Made by a program: the position numbers and the translations under genes. Shown in pieces: positions 55,372-64,000 of a stretch of DNA of 64,000 bases (position 1 is the stretch's first letter; every line of letters begins with the position of its first letter). This DNA comes from Basidiobolus meristosporus CBS 931.73 (taxonomy: Eukaryota; Fungi; Basidiobolomycota): contig MCFE01000233.1 of assembly GCA_002104905.1 (NCBI GenBank), forward strand, positions 1 to 64,000, written 5' to 3'. The notes under the pieces were generated by a model. That model did not search any database, was not told where the DNA came from, and saw nothing but the letters and a program-made list of their open reading frames with translations.

Positions 55372-56400
55372 CACCTCGAGAACGACTAATAAATACGAAG
55401 GAGTAAGAGCTGTATCTTCGTGGGTATGAAAGAAACGACAACGGTCAAGGATATAATTTCAGATGGCATTCCAAGTAAAATAGCGGCAAGCTATATAAAT
55501 GTTCATGCGTTATCCCCTGAGGGAATGAGTCAAACCAATTTTTGGTGCGTGAACAGATTTAATCTACATATGTTACATTTTACCCAAAGATTTTTGAGTG
55601 AACTTCGGCTTTGCACTGGTTGTCCACAGTTGGACCACGACTACAATACCCTGATAACCCAATCGTCGTCTAGCTTTGATTTTTCCTATATTGATTATCG
55701 TACAACAATCCAACAAGGGGAAGTATTTGTGACTTTTATTATTAGAAGGAACGCCAATTTCTTTTCTAGAACCTAATTAACATATTCACAGGGATCGTCA
55801 TCAAAGACAAAGAAGCTTCGTCGCAGCAAACCTAGTTTAAGACTAGCTCTGGTGAATGATAATGACGCCACAATTGCAAAGTATTCAGCATACCACGGAA
55901 TCTAGCAACGTTTAGGAGATGCTATCAGTAAGCACCATGGCAAACTCCGTGGCTCATGACGTTATTCCCGATGAGACAATCAGAAAGACCTGGAGGATCA
56001 CTTCTCACTTTCTCAGGGCTAAGACTCATTTCATTATATAGATGTTCTGGAAATTACGTGTGTGGTACGACCACTAGAGTATGGAAATATCAATCAGACA
56101 ATCAGTATTGCCCTGATCATCTCACAATAGATCTTTGAAACATGGCTGTATGCGTTTTTCCATTATGCTTGATCACTAAGTTACCTGAATATGTGATGCT
56201 AAATGGCTCAGTATAAGATAGATTGGAGTCCCGGTTAGTGAGTTGCAACTGTCATCAATTTCAGGCAATAGCTTCTTGTTTTCCAGAGTGCTTTGAAGTT
56301 GGTTCATTTTCACCTTGGCCAAGTAGAAGAGCAACTCGAACGGACATATTGAATTCCGGTTGATCCACAAAACTTTAGTAGGCAGTTATTACCGTTTAAT

Positions 56401-59400
56401 ATGGTTGAGCTGGAGACGGTAAATCTGAGTGATATCACAAGATTTGATAATAGTTACCTTCAATCCACGGAGGAGGACATCACCCAAGAGGATTGTTGGG
56501 CTGTTATTACCTCTTTTTTTGAAGAAAGAGGCGTAGTTAGGCAGCAATTGGATTCATTCGACGAATTTATCCAAAACACTATCCAGGATATCGTAGACAA
56601 GAACTCAGAAATAGTCATAGAATCATCGAGCGGGTGCGACTCGACTATCGTAAATAAACTCGAGTCGGTATATTTGCTTGGTTTGTTATCAACATTTTGC
56701 TTCCTAGATTCAGTATCAAATTCAATTTGGGCAAATTTATCTCTCAAAGCCAACAATAACTGAGGCAGATGGCAGTACTAATTCTATATCTCCAAACGAA
56801 GCACGTTTACGTCAATTAACGTATGAAGTTATAACAGTAGCAACAGCATAACAATATCGCTATAACCTACGAAATTTTCCATAGGTACTCGGCACCCCTT
56901 TACGTTGATATGAAGAAACGCATTTCTCCTGGTACCAACGAGGCAAAAAACTCCCAACTGTTAAGGAAATCCTCCACTGGCTATTCAAAGGACCAATATG
57001 ATAAGATGTTTATCGGAAAGGTAAGTTGGTTGTGATGATAACTTCTGGAATGACTAATCGTCATTTTACCGTTTGATGTACAGATCCCCATCATGTTACG
57101 TTCCTCTTTCTGTGTTCTTACAGGGCTGGATAGAGCTGATTTTCATAATCTCGACGAGTGTCCTTATGATCAAGTGTGTATATATCAGATTTTTCTTTAA
57201 TACTTATGTTAATGAATTTGAATAGGGAGGGTACTTCGTGGTAAATGGCTCAGAAAAGGTGCTTATAGCGCAAGAGCGAACAGCAACAAATAAGGTGTTC
57301 GTTTTTGCCAAGACCCCACCATCACCCTACAGTTTTATTGCAGAGGTCAAGAGTGCTACATCCCGAGGACATTCACTGGTGAATCCTGTTCTGGTCAAAA
57401 TGTTGGCGAGCAATACAAGCAAAGGGGTAGGTACGATATTTTATATTCTACTTAGCGTAGATGGCTAATTACTCTCTAACAAATTCAGATATCTGGACAA
57501 TACATACGCGTCAACCTACCATACATCAAGCAAGAAATTCCTGTTGTGATCGTATTTAGGGCTCTAGGAATCTTGGCAGATAAAGATATATTGCAGTACA
57601 TATGTTACGACAAGAATGATTCGCAAATGCTAGAGTATATGAAACCATGCATTGAGGAAGCCTTTGTTATTCAGGAAATGAACGTAGCATTGGATTTCAT
57701 CGGACGAAGGGGCCACTATGTAGGAGTTAGCAGTGAAAAAAGAATTCGGTAGAATATGAAATTCCATCTTTGTTCGAGATTGACACTCAACTATCAATAA
57801 TCTAGACATGCTAGTAGTATACTACAAAATGAATTTCTTCCGCATATGGGTATTCAAGCCTACAATCAAACTAGAAAAGCATACTTCCTCGGGTATATGG
57901 TGCATCGGCTGCTTTTAGCATCTTTAGGAAGGCGTGAGTTAGATGATCGCGATCATTATAGCAACAAACGAATGGATCTAGTAGGACCGTTGCTAGCAAT
58001 GCTATTTCAAACATTGTTTAAAAAATTATCCAAAGATATTGGAAAGTACATTGGTAAATGCATTGAATATAATCGTGACATCCGACTGACATCAGCTGTA
58101 AAATCGAATATCATTACAAACGGGCTGGTATATTCATTAGCCACTGGAAACTGGGGTGACCAGGCTAAGCAGTTGCAAGCAAGAACGGGTGTATCACAAG
58201 TATTGAATCGCTACACGTTCGTCTCTACATTATCGCATTTGCGCAGGTGCAACACCCCAATTCACCGTAATGGCAAACTCACAAAACCACGTCAATTGCA
58301 CAATACGCAATGGGGAATGATATGCCCAGTAGAAACGCCTGAAGGGCAAGCCTGCGGTTTGGTCAAAAATTTCGCATTAATGGCATATGTATCTGTTGGT
58401 TATCCACCGGGAGATATTTTCGACCTGCTAGAAGAATTAACAATGGAAAATTTGGAGGAGGTTTCGAAGGAGGACCTTGTGGATACTACCAAAGCCTTTG
58501 TGAATGGAATATGGGTAGGAATTCATCATGACCCCACCTCGTTGATGAATATTTTACGACACGCCAAACACCAAGGGTATATCAGTCCTGAGATCAGCAT
58601 TGTGTATGACTATCGAGACCAAGAACTGCGGATTTTTACCGATGCAGGTCGAATCTGTCGCCCACTATTCGTTGTCGAAGATAACAAATTGCGAATAACA
58701 AAAGGAGACATACGCTCCTTGCAGAATGGAGAAAATACTGAAGGACCTTTTGGCTGGCCCGAGCTTATTACTAACGGTATTGTCGAATATATTGACACAG
58801 CTGAAGAGGACTTTGCGCTTATTAGTATGACTCCTGAAAATATGCGCGGAATCAGTAATCGTCATGAGACGGATATTGAGTTGGAGAAAATGTCCACTTC
58901 AAATCATCAACTGTGGACACATTGTGAGATTCATCCGAGCATGATTCTTGGCGTTTCAGCAAGTACAACTCCATTCCCTGACCATAATCAATCTCCGAGG
59001 AATACCTACGGTGCAGCGATGAGCAAGCAAGCAATTGGTACACATCTAACTAATCATCTTTTACGTATGGACACCAATTCCAATACGTTGTACTATCCCC
59101 AAAAGCCATTGTGTACCACCAGATCTATGGAATACCTACGATTTCATGAGTTTCCGACTGGACAGAATACTATTGTGGCTATATTATCCCACGGAGGCTA
59201 CAATCAAGAAGATTCTTTAATAATGAACCAAAGCAGTATTGATAGAGGTCTATTCCGGAGTACTTATTACCATAGTTACATGGATCAAGAGAAGATAAAT
59301 GGTATCATCACAAATCAAAGATTTGAAAACCCTGATCCAAACACAACGATAAGAATGAAGCCTGCAGGGTACAATTGGATAGACGATGATGGCATGGTGA

Positions 59401-60471
59401 TTCCCGGTACGAGAGTATCTAACGATAGTGTCATCATTGGGAAAACGATGCCAATCCCGAATGGCTCAGAGGAATTAGGACTCCGCACCGAAGACCATAA
59501 GAACATCGATATAAGCACGACAATCAAGATGAGTGACTCAGGAATTGTTGATAGAGTGATGCTGAGTACAGGTCAGGACGGGGTGAAACTTGCAAAAGTT
59601 CGAGTTCGAAGTACTAGAATACCTCAAATTGGCGACAAATTTGCCAGTAGACATGGGCAAAAAGGGATTATAGGTCTGGTATATCGACATGAAGACATGC
59701 CGTTTAGTCAAGAAGGGATCGTTCCTGATATTATCATTAACCCTCATGCGATCCCCTCGCGTATGACAATAGGACATTTGGTTGAATGTTTACTAAGTAA
59801 GGTTTCGGCACTAAGCGGTAGTGAAGGAGATGCTACACCGTTTACTAGTGTTAGTGTTGATGCAATCTCCGAAGCCATTCAAGCCTTTGGTTATCAAAAA
59901 CGGGGACTGGAGATATATTATAATGGTCTAACCGGTAGAAAACTGGAAGCACAGGTATTTGTAGGGCCAACCTACTATCAAAAATTGAAGCATATGGTGG
60001 ACGACAAGATCCATAGCCGTGCTCGGGGACCCCTTCAAATCTTGAGTCGTCAACCGATTGAAGGAAGGAAGAGAGAAGGAGGGCTTCGATTCGGAGAAAT
60101 GGAAAGAGATTGCATCATATCGCATGGCATGGCATTGTTTCTGAAGGTAGCTTTCCTTCTCCATCTACTTGATACTATTCAACGATATAACAATCATGAT
60201 AGGAGCGACTTTGTGATGTTTCCGATGAATACAGGGTTCATATATGCGATTTATGTGGCCTCTTGGCAATAGCGAACCTCCGAAAAAACACTTTCGAATG
60301 CCGTAGCTGTAGAAATAATACGAGGGTATAATCATATCGCGTTTAGATTTTGGTTGAATTCTAACATGTTTTATGCCCTAGATTTCTCAAGCACTGATTC
60401 CTTACGCGTGTAAACTATTATTCCAAGAGTTAATGGCGATGAACATATCTCCACGTATAGCGGTTGCCTAA
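56401..60471 (+). CDS. RPB2: RNA polymerase II second-largest subunit, intact but unusually divergent (probable paralog); about 8 introns
   Basis: [60 protein letters not shown]-terminal [24 protein letters not shown]; exons join in frame; TAA ends at 60471. Confidence 0.95.
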
Positions 60472-60661
60472 GGTTTTCGGCAATGATTGGAAATGCAATT
60501 CTAGAAAGCAGTAAGCTCACAAACACCGTATATATGTAAATTTCGCTGTTATGATCACAAGCCCCAGGTAGAGAATGAAACATATTAAAGGAAACAACAA
60601 ACAGCGACATGTAAAAGAAACAATGGCCCCAACAATTTAGTAAACTGTATTGATGTGAGAG

Positions 60662-61732
60662 TTAATTTGAATCTGGTTTTTCGAATCGAAGGAAATCAAC
60701 TTCTATATCAACGGACTTTTTCTTATGGAATTTGTACATCGCGGGAACATCAAACTGTGGATGAAGTTTAACAACTATTCGAATAGAGTAGCAACGATGA
60801 CCTTACCTTTAATTCAGCAACCACTTGGCAAGTAACTCCCCACTCCTTGGCTTTCTTCATGATGTGCTAGAAAATGATTTTAGTAAACTTGGCTTAATCA
60901 ACATCAAGAAGAGAAGTACTTACTTCCCTAGTGGATGTTTTATGCAGAGAATATACAGCCTTGTTAGCGAGCTGAAAGTATTTATCCAGAAATCCCGGAT
61001 GATGATCAGTCAATATTCACGATGACAGCCACTTAAAGCCAACCTCACCTCAATACCACGCTTCAGAAAAACCATATCGATGCCAGCATTGTTTTTCGTT
61101 CCAAATGGAGGGTTCATAAGGATAGTGTCAAGTTTACCACGAAAACGCTTGAGCAAATCCTCGTCTTGGCTGGCCAGATCTATGTTAATTAAATCCATCT
61201 CTATTTCCAACTCTTCGCAGTTTTCTTGTGTGATAGCTAAAGCGTCAGGATCAATATCAAAACCAACGTTATATCTAGGAAGGAATACGTTAATTTAAAC
61301 GAGCTGTAGCTTTGGTCTCAGCTTGAAAAATATTTACTTACGCGGAGCCCATCATCTGAGACGCAATGCTAACATCCACCCAAGAATAAAAGAGAGGATA
61401 GGGTTTAATGGACTTGTAAGCAACTTGAATGAACACTTGGTAGAATGCATCGAAATCAAGATGTACCTTAAAATTCCACAGCCACAACCGAAATCACCTA
61501 CGGCTTTATCTTCGATATCTTCGTATGAGTTCTGGGCTGTATAAAGCATCCTGGCAGCTAAATGTGGAGTGGTAGGATATTGCTCGAACTGGATTTTCGG
61601 GTTGTCTAAACCATCGATGGAATCAGCACGAAAGTTATAACAGGAGCACATCTCGAAAAAAAACTATAGAGACAGAGTCTTACCGAACACTGCAACTTCC
61701 TGCAAATATCCTTCGAGTTGTTTGAGCTTCAT
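60662..61732 (-). CDS. METTL5: METTL5-type 18S rRNA N6-adenosine methyltransferase, multi-exon
   Basis: MKLKQLEGYLQEV..FDNPKIQFEQYPT; DFGCGCG SAM motif; MNPPFGTKNNAGID; YSLHKTSTR; YKFHKKKSVDIEVD. Confidence 0.9.
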
Positions 61733-62139
61733 TCTACAATCACTTCAACAGTAGGAAATCACTGTGGTTGTGGTGTGGAGGCGGATGAAACCAGTAGGTA
61801 GCATCCAACGAACACGGATTATTTTTTTTTTGATTTCGACGGAGCGACGTAAATTTAGTTAAATTGCACCCACTTGAGCAAAGTAATTCTTTATTATAGT
61901 CATGCATTAGGCGTATGGATCATGTTGAGATGAGAATGAATGAAAATCGGTTAGGATCGTCGTTTGAGTAACGTCAAGTGCATGTTCACATGATGGCAGA
62001 GTGCTGCGACTTGTAGGAATTGGGAACAGATACTTGCATGGTAAGTATACCACAGGCTGTACAGATTCATGGATGTAGTGATATTTTATGGGATATAGTG
62101 TCAGGCTAGCAGTGATAAGAATATATTAGGGTATTAGTA

Positions 62140-64000
62140 TCACTGATGACCTTGAAGAATAATATCAATGCAGTTGTTAATAAATTCCTTCTTGATGGTC
62201 ATGTCCATACCAAAGTAGCGGGATAGCTCGTCCCGAACTTGTTTTTTGGTAATCGACATGAGGTTAGCTGTGGAGAGGATCTGTTGGACCTCGTCCATAA
62301 TCTCCTGATCAGTTGGTAGGTTGGAGAGAGCGCCACCACGACCACCCACACCTTGCATCACCGGATGATATTCATTCACGTTGGCACTTGATGTGTAAGG
62401 AGGCACACTGGACGCGTTGCTTGCTCGAGGTCGTTGCCTGGAAACCTCAGGTGTGGCAGCTCCTCGATTACGAGAGTAGTCTCTATACTCCGATCGAGCA
62501 GCCGAATGAGCCCTGGAGCCTCTATCTTTTGAGTGCGATTGCCCGCGCAGTGACGTTGGGTAAGGGGAAAGGCTCTGAGCAGAGTGAGGAACAGGTGTGA
62601 CGGAACGCCCTCGTCCTCCTGATGAGTAATACGGGTCTACTGAGCCATGAACCGAAGGTGATGGCATACTAATGTAACTCAATCCCTCAGGGCCACGAGA
62701 TTTCGACCGACTGTAGGATTGACCAGAGCCTTTGGAGTCGTGTGAAACGTAGGTATCGGCCTCCCATAACTCCTGCTCGTAGTCGCCCCATTTCTTCAGT
62801 GGCACTGAGGCGGGGTCGAACTTCTCTTCACTCGAAACATGAGCCACCTTGCCTTTTTCGCCAACGACCACGCGGGTATTACCCCACGAGAAGTCATCGA
62901 AATGCCAGAATGCGTACACGGGAAGGAAGAAACTGAAGATGGGGAGCGACAGCAGGTACACGATCATCCAGCCGATATGCTGCCATTGCCGCTTAATCAG
63001 GAAGATGAAGATCTGGAGCCCGTAGATCGCTACGAGCATGATGATGGAGATTAGTTGAAACGACGAGGGATCGGTGATGCATTTGTACAACAGGTAGCCT
63101 AGGTAGAAGCACTGCACCGGCATGATGATGGTGGAGAGCAGATCGACGAAGACAACAAAACGCATGGAGAAGCAACAGAAGCCGCACAAACGTGGGAGAT
63201 GTAGAAGCTCAGCAAGGTTGTGAATGGTCGAGTTGATCCAACGACGACGCTGTGACAGTAGCACTGACCATTCGTCTGGCGCGTTCGTCTGGCACTTGGC
63301 ATCAGGCGTGAACGTCATCTTGTTGTAATTGAAATGCTTCAGCATCAAGGTGGTCAGATACCGATCCTCGCCGAGGGATAGCAGGTTCTTCTTGTGAAGA
63401 GTATCTACCTTGTTCTCCGAATAATCCTCAATGATGATGTTGGCGATCAACAGAGGCTGATTCTTTGTCGGAGTACGGAAACGATACATGCAGAAGCATC
63501 CGGGCAGACAGGTGACCGAGCCGAACAATGACTCGAATGCCTTGCTCAGATGGTGGGAAATGAAGTACTCGTAAACCTGGATCATCGTTATGTACGAGGC
63601 TTTGGCGTTGAGCAATTGGGTCTCACCGCAGAGACCCATGATTTTCGAGTCGTTGAGCATGCAGGAGACCATTCTATTGAGCGAGTCCGGCAAGACGATT
63701 GTATCCGCATCAACCATCAGCACGTACTCGTAGAAGTAAGGATCGACACCGATGACATTCTTGATTTGGTGGTACATCTCGAGTTCCAATGGACTCATTT
63801 CGCTGTTGAAGTGCACCTTGTTGAAGAACTGCATCAATATCAGCTGCGAGTCACGTTTACCTCGGTTCCCTGGTCTTGAGCGCTCTGAAGGCTTCCCAAT
63901 CTTCACCACGACGAGGTAGGGAACAGCGTGGCCGGAGCATTCGTACAGCCCAGTGTAAACCTTCGCCATGTTCAGCTGCTGGTTTCCTTCACCGAGCGCC
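62140..64000 (-). CDS. CHS: Division-II chitin synthase (class V/VII-like, C-terminal DEK-C domain), 5' part outside the window
   Basis: [39 protein letters not shown]; terminal DEK-C-like [28 protein letters not shown]. Confidence 0.93.
   Translation of the reverse strand, partial: ALGEGNQQLNMAKVYTGLYECSGHAVPYLVVVKIGKPSERSRPGNRGKRDSQLILMQFFNKVHFNSEMSPLELEMYHQIKNVIGVDPYFYEYVLMVDADTIVLPDSLNRMVSCMLNDSKIMGLCGETQLLNAKASYITMIQVYEYFISHHLSKAFESLFGSVTCLPGCFCMYRFRTPTKNQPLLIANIIIEDYSENKVDTLHKKNLLSLGEDRYLTTLMLKHFNYNKMTFTPDAKCQTNAPDEWSVLLSQRRRWINSTIHNLAELLHLPRLCGFCCFSMRFVVFVDLLSTIIMPVQCFYLGYLLYKCITDPSSFQLISIIMLVAIYGLQIFIFLIKRQWQHIGWMIVYLLSLPIFSFFLPVYAFWHFDDFSWGNTRVVVGEKGKVAHVSSEEKFDPASVPLKKWGDYEQELWEADTYVSHDSKGSGQSYSRSKSRGPEGLSYISMPSPSVHGSVDPYYSSGGRGRSVTPVPHSAQSLSPYPTSLRGQSHSKDRGSRAHSAARSEYRDYSRNRGAATPEVSRQRPRASNASSVPPYTSSANVNEYHPVMQGVGGRGGALSNLPTDQEIMDEVQQILSTANLMSITKKQVRDELSRYFGMDMTIKKEFINNCIDIILQGHQ

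Noticed and set aside
55426-55905. Possible small spliced gene on + between the GH31 and RPB2 genes (and ORF 56176-56370 on -)
   Set aside because: No recognisable homology, and the ATG lies only ~55 bp from the divergent GH31 start; not supportable without RNA data
56401-60471. RPB2 as a pseudogene, or as RPC2/RPA2
   Set aside because: The exons splice in frame, and [10 protein letters not shown], the N-terminal QQLDSF block and the C-terminus are Pol II-type
62313-63879. Plus-strand ORFs overlapping the chitin synthase
   Set aside because: Antisense shadows favoured by the high-GC3 codon usage of the chitin synthase

Overview
Eukaryotic DNA with short GT-AG introns. The gene set (division-II chitin synthase, Mil1/TMCO4-like, fungal-type RPB2) points to a fungus, probably an early-diverging lineage; the organism cannot be fixed from sequence alone. 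The window has two sharply separated halves. (1) About 1-49 kb is a gene-free nest of nested, mostly dead transposons in which CpG has been almost erased. It holds Ty1/copia pieces; a near-complete Ty3/gypsy family A element plus fragments and a solo LTR; a young Ty3/gypsy family B element with an extra ORF after pol; several copies of a two-ORF PIF/Harbinger/ISL2EU-like (DDE_Tnp_4 + Myb/SANT-like) DNA transposon with an odd target-duplication geometry; several pieces of a CACTA/Mirage-like transposon with CCCTA(C/T)GAAAAA termini; an orphan ~1 kb LTR-like repeat; and a 77/80-bp alternating tandem array. (2) About 49-64 kb has normal CpG and five intact intron-containing genes: Mil1/TMCO4-like, a membrane-anchored GH31 alpha-glucosidase with two trefoil domains, an RPB2, METTL5 and a chitin synthase. 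The best novelty lead is the RPB2. It is intact and keeps the catalytic residues, but it is substituted at motifs that are near-invariant in Pol II, so it may be a specialised Pol II-derived subunit. All alignments, counts and comparisons to canonical motifs were done by eye and from memory. Coordinates of degenerate fragments are approximate.
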